64,000 nucleotides of DNA, from contig OZ024745.1 in NCBI GenBank assembly GCA_964016885.1, forward strand, positions 134,416,001 through 134,480,000, read 5' to 3'. Shown piece by piece: positions 15,770-28,690 of the stretch. Each line of letters begins with the position of its first letter. Within the stretch, counting starts at the first letter, position 1. Origin of the DNA: Eledone cirrhosa. Taxonomy: Eukaryota. Both the position numbers and the translations under genes were made by a program. The notes under the pieces were generated by a model. The model was not told the DNA's origin. It searched no databases and saw only the letters and a list, made by a program, of their open reading frames with translations.

Positions 15770-17135
15770 TACCTTCTCTTCTTCTTTGCCCACTTATTCC
15801 TGGGAGGGTCATGAGGGCAGAGTCCTCAAACACTCCTTCCAGTAGGTCCTGTCTGAAGCAACTGTCTCCAACTGATCCCACATCCTAACAACACACCCTC
15901 CATCCATGAGTCAATATCATGGATGTTATCCAACTATCTTGCTCACGGTCTATCCCTGGGTCTCCTGCTGGTTGGTTTTGCCCATAAAATCTGTCCAGCG
16001 ATTCTTTCCTGAGATATTCTAGCCACATGCCCATGGTATCAGAGCTGTGATCTCTGTTTGGAGAAATTACCACTAAACCTGGAGTAACTATCTGATCTCC
16101 AAGCTATGCTCCTTATTGAGTAACGTTACTCCAAAAACCCTTCAGAGGAATCCCATTTTGGCCATTTGTATTTGCGATAATATCCTTTCGGTCATTACCC
16201 AAGATTCAATGACCATAGGTAAAAGTTGGCACGAAAACCAAATTAAAGATAGCGAGTTTGGCTTTTACACCTACCTCCCTTCTTCTGATTACTGAATGCT
16301 GAAGCTGGCATATTACTGCACCAGCCTCCTGCCTTCCATCACTCGTGAACATGGTCGAGATACTTAAACTTCTCCACCTGCTTCAGTGGAAATCAATTCA
16401 CATGTAGAGTGCACTGTGCAGTCTTCCTTGCAAGGATGAGTGTCTCAGTTTTCACAGCACTGATTTTCATTCCAGCCATGTAGCACTCAGCATCAAACCT
16501 ATCAAGTGCAAGTTGGAGATCACCTTCTGTTGAGTTAAGTAACACCATGTTGTCTGCAAATCCCAGCTGACTGATTTTACACCCGCCAATCATGATACCA
16601 CTTCCAACCGAGCTGCGCATATCAATCCTGTTCATGTAAATAATTGTTTCTACTTTTGGCACAAGGCCAGCAATTACCCAGTGCATTACTGGTACTTTAT
16701 TTTATCAACCCCGTCGGACGCCATGCTTTGCCTCAAAGCATGGCGTCCGACTTTCTACTGATACTGCCAATCCACCACCGTCATGTTCATGTAAATAATG
16801 ACAGGAGAGGTAACAGTACGCACCTTTGGCGGAGTCTGGCTCCCACATCAAACGGTTTAGATTTAGCACCATTTATCCGAACGCAAATACTCAGGTATTC
16901 ATATAGTGACATCAGGGCAGCAAGGGGCGACCATCAATCTGATACTTCTGCACAGCTTTCCACAGCAGGTCCCGAGGAACGCCATCAAATGCCTTTTCAA
17001 GGTTGACAAAACAAGAATATACTTCTAGGCAATATTCCCACGATTTCTCCAATACCTGCTGCAGTGTGAATATTTGGTCGGCTGTGCTGCATCTGAGGTT
17101 AAAACCACACTGTTCATCTTCAAGATTCCACATCT
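15770..17135 (-). mobile_element. Degenerate RTE LINE RT region interrupted by a SINE piece (16640-16780)
   Basis: EQCGF, STADQIFTL, FVNLEKAFD and FADNMVL, with frameshifts and stops. Confidence 0.85.
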
Positions 17136-17139
17136 CAGC

Positions 17140-17580
17140 GAGGATACCACCAACGCCATACGCAAAGCCATCAGAAGAGAGGGCCTCAATATCAAACTAG
17201 CTCATTCTGGACCTTCCCTGTGAAGATGCCTCTCCACAAGACAAACCCCCAACGAGGATTGCCCTATCCGCAACACTAATTTTTTCCTACGTACCTACGG
17301 AGTATACAAGCTAGAATCTAACAAGTGCAATCTATTTTACATAGGCAGCACTATTCGACCATTACATCTCCATATTAAAGAGCATGTTAACACCAACTCC
17401 TCTTCCTTCCACAAACACAATATCAAATGTGGAAACCGGGACAACATTACCAGCACACTCTTAGCTACCGAATGCAGTATAGGCATGCTTAGAATTAAGG
17501 AAGCCCTCTTAATCAAGCAATTAAAACCTAGGATCAATAATTGAATGGAAAGAAATGCACCAGAATGGCTAATTTAAAAG
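17140..17580 (+). mobile_element. Penelope-like element, GIY-YIG endonuclease remnant
   Basis: Manual translation gives GVYKLESNKCNLFYIGSTIRPLHLHIKEH ... LRIKEALLIKQLKPRIN. Confidence 0.8.
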
Positions 17581-18177
17581 CCTAGATTTCAACATCATAA
17601 CGGCCAGTTTCATTCTTTCTTTCTTTCAAATTAAATCTAGGTCTTCACTAAGCAAACACACTTAGACTCACACACACATATATCACACATATTTTTCCCG
17701 TTTTATTATATATATATTAATATGTATTAAAAAATTTGGTCGTTTTGGAAGCCTCAACAATGCAGATGGGTAAATCTCTGAGTAACAGGATCCAGTGGTG
17801 AAGAGAGAGATGTAAGGGAGTGTAGAATGAGATGTATAGTGTGTAGAGGAACGTAGGAAAGAGCGTAAAATATAAAAATAACACGAGATAGAGTTGTTAC
17901 CTTGGGAGAGATTTAATTATCCCTATATTTCGGATTTCGCATCCATCAACTGGGCTTCCTAGGGGGAAAGTTATGTCGGAGAGGAACGGTACATGGCCTC
18001 TGTTGTCCGGCATTTGTGCATATATATGTATATAATAAAACGAGCTGAAGATCCGCAGAAGGTGAAACAATTGTTCTCGGTATGGTGAACTAACTGTTGT
18101 GTTACTACTTCTACCAAACTTGTCCCTTGGACTGAGTACTCTACCACTACGGATATTACCTTCCAGTGTTCTACCTT

Positions 18178-18365
18178 TCATCATCATCATCATCATCATC
18201 ACCGTTTTACGTCCGTTCTTCCACGCTAGCATGGGTTAGACGGGTTGTCCTGTTGTGGGCTGTGTCTGGTCGGCTGACCATGCCTTGCTCATACAGGAAC
18301 TGATTTGGCTTGATTTCTACAGCTGGATGCCCTTCCTAACACCAACCTCATTTACAGTGAGTGCT
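18178..18365 (-). mobile_element. RTE-derived SINE
   Basis: On the - strand, gttggtgttaggaagggcatccagc followed by the tail ccatgctagcgtgg...ggacgtaaaacg(gat)n. Confidence 0.85.
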
Positions 18366-18540
18366 AGATATATATAGACACATATATATAGACACACATA
18401 TATATGCATATATATATATATATGCATATATATATATATATGCATATATATATATATGCATATATATATATATGCACATATATATGCACATATATATATA
18501 TGCACATATATATATATGCACATATATATATACATATATC

Positions 18541-20640
18541 TATCTAGGGCGGGTAAAATTCCCGAGATCCATGGACGAGTTCTCTCCAGCGGTCTCTGTC
18601 CCTCATTATCGCTGCCATGTCCTACATCTCCAACAGACCAGTGTCTGTCCTTAGGGCATCAGCATACGTTAACCTTGGTCTTCCTCCTCCAGTGTGTCCA
18701 TGTAGGGGCTCCCACAGGAGCATTGAGTGCAATGTCAACTCTGGTTGTCGGTGAGCATGTTCAGCTAACCTCAGTCTCCTCTGTGTCACTTTTGAGCTGA
18801 CTTTTGGGAGGCTCCCATACAGCTCTGAGTTTTTCATCCTCAGTGTAATCTGATTAATGTTCAGAGCCATCCTCAGCATTCTCGTGTAGCACCCATCCAC
18901 CATCTGAGTGAGTTTTTTGGTCAGTGTCCAAATCTCAGACCCGTACAGCAGCACAGACTCCACCATAGCAACGAAGAGACGGATTTTCAGGTCTTTACGA
19001 AGGTCCGACTTCCACACCGATCTCAAGCTGTGGCACGCCGCCCAGGCTTTGCTCTTCCTCTCAACCACATCATCTTCCGTATTCCCAATCTTTGCTCCCA
19101 AATACAGGAAGCCCTCATCCAATTCTAGCGGCTTCCCGCCTACATTAGTGATCCCCTCTGGCTTCTCAACATTCTCTACCAGATATTTTGTTTTAGTCTC
19201 ATTCATTCTCAGCCCCACACTCATCGATACAGTCTCAACCTCCCGCATCAAATCCTCTGCCTCTTTCACTGTATTTGTCACCAAAACTATGTCGTCGGCA
19301 AATTCAGCATCTGATACCTTTTTCGCCTTAACTCTCCTGCTCTGAGCCGGTGTTTCTCCAGTGCAAGGCGCATACAATAGTCCACTACGATGATAAAAAG
19401 AGTAGGGAGCCAATGTATCTCTCTGGAGCACTCCAGCCAGTATCTCAAAGAACTCTGTCATCCCATCAGGTGTAATGACTTGGGCTTTGGTGTTGGTGTA
19501 GAGCAGTGATATCAGGTCCACTATCTTCTTAGGGATTCCATAAGCCTGTAAGATCTTCATCAGGCAGTGACAGTCCACAGAATCAACGGCCTTCCAAAAC
19601 CATGACCGCAGGAAGGCACTTTGCTCTAGCTCCCTCTAACATCCTCCTCAGCATCAGGATGTGACTGGTGGTTGATCTTCCCTCTCTGAAGCCGTTCTGG
19701 TTGTCCCTGAGCTTCTTCTCCATCTCAGGCTGGATCCTGTTAAGAATCATCCTTTTGAGGGTCTTTGCCACAAGTGATGTCAGTGAGATCCCCCTGTAGT
19801 TGTTGGTGTTAGAGAGATCTCCCTTCTTTGGCACTGGGACGATGTTACTGATCCTCCACTGATTCGGGGCAACTCCTTTCTCCAGTGCCCGGTTACAGAA
19901 CCCCAGGATGATATCATCAAAAACCACACCTCTTCATCACCTCTGATGCCACTCGATCTTCTCCATGATCCTCTTCTTGGCTCTCTGAAGCTCCTCTCTG
20001 GTGAAGGGTTCTCTCAATATCCAGTTCCTCAAACAGCCGCCTGATCTCCCCAGTGCTCTGGGCTGTGGAGGGTGACTCTCCTAGTAGGGTCCTAAAATGG
20101 TCTAGCCATTTCCTCTTCCTATCCTCGGGCTCCGTTCCCTGGATCTGACTCGAACACCTTCTCTTCCTCCCTGTGATCTCGTTAATGATCATCCAGCTCT
20201 CCTTACATCCAGATCTGTCAACCGTTCTCTCCACACTTCTGATCTTCTCTATCAGTGCCTCTTCTCTGGCCTCAGAATAAGCGGTACAGAGTTCTTCCCT
20301 CATCACCTCCACAGTCTACATCCTCTCCTCCGTAGGATCAGCATAGAATTGGTCCTTGGCAGCTTTCAGGTGTTCTCTGGCTGCAAACACTTTTGGGTTT
20401 GCAGAGTTGACGTGCTTCCTTTTGTTCTTTTTCCTCGGCACCAGGGTTTCACTTGCTTCCGCCACTGCATTGGTGAAGTGCCCGTACCTCCTCGTCACAC
20501 TCTTGTCAGTCCATCCAATCTCTCTCTCCTCTGTCTCTCCACACAGAGCACTGAACCTGTTCCTCACTTCCACTGTGAACCTCTCCTGTAGCTTATCATC
20601 TTCCTTGAAAGCTCCCCAGTCATAGATTGTTCTCTGGGGC
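18541..20640 (-). mobile_element. 5'-truncated, frameshifted RTE LINE
   Basis: NYRGISLTS, NQNGFREGRST, GVLQRDTLAP, FADD, FLYLG, VLLYGSEIW and GRPRLTY spread over several broken ORFs. Confidence 0.93.
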
Positions 20641-20644
20641 TGTG

Positions 20645-20927
20645 AAGTTATGTTGGTACCACAACATCCAGTCCAAAACACATGAGGTCGTGTAGGTGTC
20701 ACAACAAAAAAACACACAGTCCAGGCTGTAATGTGGCCGTGTAGGTAACACGGTAAAAACCTCCCAGTCCACACTGTAAACGTGGTTGGTGTTAGGAAGG
20801 GCATCCAGCCGTAGAAAACCCGCCAGACAGTCCTATACGATCAGGACAACAAATCTTGCCTCAAGTGGGAAACCTCCCGTCCAAACCCATGCAAGCGTGG
20901 AAGATGGACGTTAAACGATGATAATGA
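20645..20927 (+). mobile_element. RTE-derived SINE with tandem ~50-bp pseudoknot-like modules
   Basis: Two gYcgtgtaggt...cacRRYaaaaa units, then gttaggaagggcatccagcc and the tail ccatgcaagcgtgg...ggacgttaaacgatg. The 3' part is nearly identical to 43234-43385. Confidence 0.85.
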
Positions 20928-20952
20928 TATATATATATATACATGTATATAT

Positions 20953-21020
<68 letters not shown>

Positions 21021-21040
21021 ATATATATATATTTATATAT

Positions 21041-21130
21041 GATGATGGCTGCCCCCTTGTTATCGAGTATGGCCATTGCACGAGGAGAAAAAAAAAAAAA
21101 AAAATTAATAAATAAATTTAAAAAAAATAA

Positions 21131-21168
<38 letters not shown>

Positions 21169-22876
21169 CATACATACATATATGTATATATACACACATA
21201 TATACACACACACATACATACATATACACACACACACACATACATTAATAACAATAATAATAATAATAACAACAATAATAATGACAACAACAATAATAAT
21301 ATACATATATACGCACACACATAAGCATATCTATACACACACATACATACACATACACACACACACACGATAGCAACTAACAGCGCTGCGATCGAATGTG
21401 GCTTTTTAGCCCAGCCAATGATCTAAAATGTCTTGCACAGAGTCGGCAACCAAAACATTCACTGGGAATAGTCGGCTGTGGTTGGAGTTTGTGTACTCTT
21501 GCATGTCGCTTGAGCCCTCCTGCTGATTTACATTCTCTACCACATGTTTGGCAAGCATGATGAGTAGTATCTCCAACAGCAGCCTGGTAGTCAATCACTG
21601 GTCTTACTTTATGACTGCGAAGATGACTTTCGAGTCCAGCTTTGCTTAGGCAGAGTCTCGCACAGACGCTGCATGTCAGCACCATAGGAGGACCCTCGCC
21701 GTCTGGAAGTGCAACAGCAATGCCCTTCCTCATATCCCGCTTTACTTTCTCGTATGCGATTCGAGATGCCTCAAAGGCAACTTTTCCCTCATATACAGTC
21801 TTTCTCCATTTATTACGATCAGCAGCAATATTTTCCCATGTATCAGCAGAGATGTTAGCGTCTTTCAGAGAGGCCTTCAAGGAATCCTTATACCTCTTTT
21901 TTGGTTTATGTGGCGGTCGTTTTCCTTTAACCAACTCTCCATAAAAGAGTTGTTTTGGTATTCTAGAATCCTTCATCCTGGGAAGGTGACCACTCCAACG
22001 GAGTCGCTTAAGCACAAGAGCTTTCCAAAATCTCGACATCACTGATGTGGTCCCTCCACTGAACGCCATGGATCCGTCTGAGACACATCTGATGGAAACG
22101 CTCCAATTGCTTAAGGTGGTGTTGATATGTGACCCAGGTCTCGCAGGCATAAAGAAGACAAGAGAGCACACATGGCCTGTACACCTTTACCTTTGTCCTC
22201 CTGCATATGTCTCGCCGACTCCAGAGTCGCCTTTCTAGCTTTCCGAAAGCATCACTTGCTTTCCTGATCCTAAGTGAGATTTCACTGTCAAGGTTGCCGT
22301 ATCGATTGACAGTGCTTCCCAGGTAGACAAACTGATCAACCACTCCAAGTCGTTTGCCATACACATAGATGTTTGGTTCAGTGTACTGCTTACCAGGGGC
22401 AGGTTGGTACATGACGACGGTTTTCTTGAGACTGACAGTCAATCCTAGGGCAGTGCAAGCGTCAGAAAATACATTCAAAATGTGCTGCATATCACTCTCT
22501 GTGTGCGCTACAAGATCGCAATCATCTGCATACAAGAGGTCTCTTATGATTGATGTAAATACTTTTGTCTTCGCAGCAAAGCGCCTGATGTTAAATATGC
22601 TGCCTGAGGTTCGATATAGGATGTAAACACCATGCTCGCAATTCCTGAATGCAATACAGAAAACCATTGCAAAGTATATGGCAAACAGGGTCGGTGCTGG
22701 AATATCCCCGTTTCACTCCATTTTTTACTGAGATAGGCTCCGACATGTTACCTCCGACATTAACCCAAGCCTTCATGTCGTCATGGAAAGACCTAACTAA
22801 AGCAAGGAACTTATCAGGGCAACCAAGTTTCTGGAGAACCTTCCATAATGCATCTCTGTTAACAGTATCGAAAGCT
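21041..22876 (-). mobile_element. 5'-truncated RTE LINE with three C-terminal C2H2 fingers; 3' UTR interrupted by microsatellites
   Basis: KAFDTV, LLYADD, FVYLGS, LLYACETW, LRWSGH and RIPKQLFYGEL. Stop at 21377; terminal tail at 21041-21087. Confidence 0.93.
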
Positions 22877-23073
22877 TTTTTTTTTTAAATATTTATATAT
22901 ACATATATACATACATACATATATTTATATATACATATATACATACATATATATATATATATATATACATACATATATATATATACATGCATATATGGAA
23001 TAGAATGAAATGAAATTTCATTTCTCACTCTTAGTACGGCACTTACTTACATACATACTTACATACATATATG

Positions 23074-23109
<36 letters not shown>

Positions 23110-23112
<3 letters not shown>

Positions 23113-25850
23113 TCATCATCACCATCATCTTCGTTTAACGTCCATCTCCCACGCTAGCATGGGTTAGACAGGAGTTGTCCCACTTGAGGCAAGGTTGGTC
23201 GGGTGACTGTGTCTCGCTCATATAGGACTATTGTAAGAGTATTGTCCTCTTTTCTACTTATGAACACCTTTGTTTTAGCTATGTTCACTCTCAGGCCTCT
23301 TGATTCCAACTGCTGTTTCCATAGCCAGAATTTATTCTCTAGCTCCTTTACTGATTCTGCTATAAGAACCAGATCATCAGCATAGAGAAGTTCCCATGGG
23401 CATCCAGTCTTAAACTCGTCTGTTATGGCTTGGAGGACTATAATGAACAAGAGTAAGCTGAAGACAGAACCTTGATGTACACCTACTTGTATCTGGAATT
23501 CCTCACTAAACTCCATTCCTATTTTCACGTTACTGACAACACTCCTGTACATAGCTTGCACTGTCCTCACAAGCCATTCCTCAACACCTAGTTTCCTTAG
23601 GGAGCACCAGATGACAGATCGAGGTACCCTATCAAAGGCCTTCTCTAGGTCAACAAAAGCTAAGTATAGTGGCTTATTCTTCTCTAAGAACCTCTCTTGT
23701 AGTTGCCTCACTATGAAGAGGGCATCTGTTGTACTTTTCCCAGGCACAAAACCAAACTGAATCTCATCTAATTTGACCCTTTCTCTAATTAGTTGCGCTA
23801 ATATTCTCTCTGCCACTTTCATAACCTGATCCATCAGCTTTATGCTCCTATAATTGCTCCTTACCAGAGCATCCCCTTTAACTTTGTATCAATTTATGAG
23901 AATACTGCTTCACCAGTCTTTGGGTATGACACCGCCATATATAGCTTGATAGATGATGCGTGCAACCAGTTTAGTGCCTACTTTTCCTGATGCCTTCAGC
24001 ATCTCAGCAACTATCACCAACGGTCTTACCATTTTTCATTTCCTTAATTGCATCTTGGACCCTATATTCGTCAATCTCAATAGCTGGTTCCTCTGTTCGG
24101 TCTACTGGGGGTAATTTCTCTCTCCCATTCGTTCTTCACATTCATCAGTCTCTCATAATGACATTTCCAGGCCTCCTTTTTCTGATCATTTGTGACACTA
24201 AGTACAACAGCATCATTCCAGACACTCTTATCTCCAACAACATTCTGATTTACACTGACACAATGCCTTGCAATGCGGAACACTGCACGTATCTGATCTT
24301 CCCGTCGCAGAACATTGGCAAACCTCTTACTCTCATCTCCATGTGTGCTAAATTTACTTGATGTCTAGCTTCTCTTTTAGTGGCTGTGTATCCGTCTCTA
24401 CCCAACCATTTTCCCAAGCATTCCATGCTAGTCTTTTGTCTCTAATGGCCCTATCTACCGTGCTGTTCCACCACCAGGTCACTCTCTGTCTGGTCGGAGG
24501 TCTGCTCCAGCCACAAGTTTCTTCAGTAGCCTGCAGTAAGTTGTCGCATAAGAAATTCCAGTTATCATCTATGACATATGATTCTAAATCATCTTCTTTT
24601 TCATCATACACATCTTGAAGGGCTTTCCTAAATTTATATTTTAGTGAAAGATCTTTTAGCTTCCAGACCTTTCTTTTTCACACCTTCCTGTATGTCTCAT
24701 TTTGTCTCTTGCTTACTGAGATGTCACTAACAACTAACCTATGCTGTGGGTTACATTCTTTCCTGGGGTATGCCTTATAGTATTTGACACCATCTGTCTG
24801 TCTCGCTGCCTAACTAACAAGAAGTCAATCTGGCTTATGTGCTCACCTGATTTGTAGGTTATTAGGTGGTTGGTAGGTTTCTTGAAGTTAGTGTTGCAAA
24901 TGGTTAGTGCACTTGCCTCACAAAATTCAAGAAGCCTCACTCCTTCTTCATTTCTTGAGCCCACCATGTACCCCAGTGTATCTATCTTGGAGCTGTCCCC
25001 TGCTAACATAACAATGTCTCCGTCCTCTGTCATTGCAGCTGTTTCTAAAAGTTGCTCGTAAATGCAGTCTTTCTCTTCTTTACCTAGGCCTGCCTGGGGA
25101 CATAGGCAGAGATGATTCTCAGCAGTCTCTTGCCTACAACTAATCTAATCTTAATTATTCTATTACTTATTCTAACTACCTCTATTGTCTTATCGATCGA
25201 TCTCTCGGCCAGTCAAATGCCTAACCCACCTAACCCATCATCATTACCCACCCAGAAAAGCTTATAACTAAGATGTTTGCCTGCGATTAATCTTGCAGAG
25301 GCACCTCTCCATCTCACCCCTTGCACGCAGCACACATCCACATGCCTTCTCTCCAGCATCTCCACTATCTCACCAGATCTACCTGTTAGAGTGCCAACAT
25401 TAAGTGTGGAAACTTTGAGATGCGACATCTTCATATTCTTGTTGTGGTGTGATTGCTTGATGATGGTCGGGGGATTTTCGCACATAGCCGCAACAGCCAC
25501 CCCACTACCGTGCGCAGCCCTAACATGGTTAGTGTTATTGCTGTTTACGCAGTTGTTGCAATTCTCATTTGTTGTGCTCATAGTTTTTGGCATTAATATA
25601 TACTGGCTGGATGCCCTTCCTAACACCAGCAACACTTAACAGCATGGACTGGGTGCTTTTATTCGTGCCACCAGCACTAGAGAGGTTGTCTTACTGGACT
25701 CAGGGGCCCTCTCTACCCCTCCATTTTACAGCATGGACCAGGTGCTTTCATTCGTGCAACCAGAATTAGGGAAGTTGTCTTTCTGGACTTAAGGGACTTC
25801 TCTACCCCGCACCAATTTATTCGGAGTGGTAACTCTTCTAGACGGGTTGC
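23110..25850 (-). mobile_element. RTE LINE with 5' UTR, AP endonuclease and RT core, internally deleted before the 3' end
   Basis: STLNVGTL/CCVQG, SQIDF, QFGFVPGKSTTDA, DLEKAFD, GVHQGS and LLYADD. After KTKVFISRKE the sequence jumps to the 3' tail. Confidence 0.93.
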
Positions 25851-26354
25851 ATACGTATGTATGTATATATATATACATATATGCATGTAAGTATGTATGT
25901 GTGTGTGTATGTTGTCTGATGACCCTGTGATAAACAGGCGAAACTCCAAGGTAACGACTCACTATTTAGCCATAAAAAATGAATACACACCCTTACATAC
26001 GTGTGTGTGTGCGCGCGCGCGCGCATCCGTCCGTCTGTCAACGAAGCTATAAAGAAATTCGATAAACATAACATGTACATAAATTGTAGCGCATAAACAA
26101 ATAGATGTTTATTTTGCTATTTTGGGGAGAAAAATATAATTATTGGGGTGGGGTGGGCATCGTTTCCCATTTTTTCCACCGTCCCTGATAAATATGCGTT
26201 TGAATAATAAAATTTATAGTTTTCTACGTCGCTTGAGTAAGTTAAGGTGGGTGCGGTCCGTTTGTTGACAGGCTGTGTTTAAATCTGCCACCAGGTTGTG
26301 AGGAAATATTAAACTCGTTTCATATCAATAAATAAAACTACAACCAATGTCAGC

Positions 26355-26421
26355 ATGTTTACGAAGCTGAGAACATTTCGAAGAAGTCGCCGCAGTAACT
26401 CTCTCACGAGATGGAAATCAG
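26355..26421 (+). CDS. Candidate alternative first coding exon B of the TRIM gene (MFTKLRTFRRSRRSNSLTRWKS)
   Basis: ATG at 26355, 67 nt open, donor CAG|gtat, phase 1. Preceded by a unique region relatively rich in CpG (26000-26350) and a possible acceptor ttgttgacag at 26271. Confidence 0.45.
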
Positions 26422-26613
26422 GTATATAAAGCATGACTTTCCGAGTAAAGTTCTCTTTAAATTTCCTCACTTTAGATTCCCTTGTGAACTTAAAATGAAC
26501 TGTCGGGCTTTTTATCTAAGAAAAGACAATTAGAAAGCAATTGATTTTGTCACATAGATATATGTAACGCATTTTTCATTTTTGAAACTCATGTATATTC
26601 AAGTTATCACACT

Positions 26614-26659
<46 letters not shown>

Positions 26660-27654
26660 TAAAGAGAAATTTGACAAAACTTTCAAACGATAATTGAAAT
26701 ATATCTAAAACTACTGCAAACCTTTCACTCTCAATCCTGTTTTTAATTCGTTGACCACACTTGTTTTCACATGTGGATGTGTGTACATACAAAACTGTTT
26801 TCAATTTTTTTCAGTTAATATGTAAAGAGCGGGGTTTGTCCGACCGCTTTCTCTTTGCACTGGTCTAAGAACAGCTGACATCCATAAAAAAGCTGATCGA
26901 TAGCAGCCCACCTAAGGAAGGAGCACCGCGAGGTGGGGTGGCTGCTGCTGCGTGTGTTGCTGGCCATTGTCCGTAGAAATGTCTTTGCCATTTTTTTCCG
27001 CGGGTTGCAGCTGAAACACCATTCTGACCTAGGTGTAGAGTCTGTCACTGTCACCACTTTCTTTGTCTAGTAGTCCTTGCTCTTGCCCCCTTTTCTCTCA
27101 TTTATAATCCTTTACAATGCTGCTTTCTTTTTCTCTATCTTTATATAACTCTACTACGGAATAATTTTTTTTTTATATATCTTCTAAACAATGAAAATAT
27201 CTAAATGTTAGTTTGTGTGTCTCCATTTTAACGTTACATTAAGAATTTAAAAATACAGTTTGTTAAATATAACTTTATATAGACAATCTTAAAAGGAAAA
27301 AAATTAATCATATCTAGAAAAAACTTTTAATAATACTATGCAGTTTCCCAATCTCTTCTCCATTTTCCTTAATAGTATTGTTTCTGGCTTGGATAAGTTA
27401 ACATTGAGATATCAAGTAAAACCTCTATTTGAAGACTGTTATTGTAATGCTAATTGGGTATTGTGTTAAAATCCTTTGAAAAGTGTTCAAATAGGAATCG
27501 TTCTAATAGTATCAGTTCTCCTTTTGTCTCAAGTGGGTTGTTTACTAAAGATACACTATTTAGATTTTTTTGACTGCTGAAATGATCTGCTTTTTTTCTC
27601 TCACTTTCTCCATGTAAAATTCTGTATTAATCATAGTTGATGCCTACTTACCAC

Positions 27655-27800
27655 CATAGGCGCTGAACTGGCTAGCCGCAGGTTTGAGCCTCGCTCAAAC
27701 CTGCCATGGAATGGCTCTTTCAGCGCATCTCCCTCACCACCCTCCGGGGAAACGCCTTCTGCATTCTGTCCGCCGGGGCAGCGTGGTACCTCATTTGCTC
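27655..27800 (+). mobile_element. CRE-like LINE 3' fragment
   Basis: Translates EWLFQRISL...GNAFCIL (with a frameshift), like the C-terminus of the element at 61930-63720. Confidence 0.6.
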
Positions 27801-28310
27801 ACCATACAGAGAGGTGGAGACGATGACAGTGTAAGTTCGGCTCTTCTGTATTCGGACCTGGTGTACATGTGTATGTGTTTGCTCCTTTTCATTCGAAAGA
27901 AAACGTGCTGTATATATTTGTTTGTTTCCTCACCGTCATCACACGTTCATGTTTTGGCAAACAGTTGGACCAACGAAAGGACCAACGAAAGGAAATTTCC
28001 TCTATTTAACCTTTTGGTATTTTTTTTTCGTTGAAGCCTATTTATACATTTTTCAGCAGCAGTAGCGATTGTCTTGCTTTCAAGAGTTTGAATAACACCG
28101 ATTGCCATCTCGTTCTTTCTAGCACTGTCATCATAATTTTAAGTAAAAAAACCTTTCTCAAGTTATGCCAACTTTTCCTTGATTGCAGTGAGAGGTGGTT
28201 TGAGGACTAACAACATTAGAAATTTCCACCTTTATACATTTACTATATTTTATGTCTCTCCAATTCTTGGTTTCCCTATTCCTTCCTCTCCCCTAACTCT
28301 GTAAATCATT

Positions 28311-28690
28311 ATTGGCAGTATCGGTAGAGGGTCGGACGCCATGCTTTCCAGCATAGTTACGTCCCTTTACGATCTGAGTTCAAATCCCGCCGAGGTTGAC
28401 TTTGCCTTTCATCCTTACGGGGTCGATATAATAAAGTACCAGTAATGCACTGGATAATTGCTGGCCTTGTGCCTAAAGTAGAAACAATTATTTATTTCTA
28501 ACTGGCGGTGGATTGGCAGTATCGGTAGAGGGTCGGATGCCATGCTTTCCAGCATAGTTACGTCCCTTTACGATCTGAGTTCAAATCCCGCCGAGGGTGA
28601 CTTTGCCTTTCATCCTTACGGGGTCGATAAGTAATGCACTGGGTCATTGCTGGCCTTGTGCCTAAAGTAGAAACAATTATTTATTTCTAA
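28311..28690 (+). mobile_element. Tandem dimer of tRNA-derived SINEs
   Basis: Two near-identical units tggcagtatcggtagag...gagttcaaatccc...ctttgcctttcatcc...gtagaaacaatt, each with A/B boxes. Confidence 0.9.
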
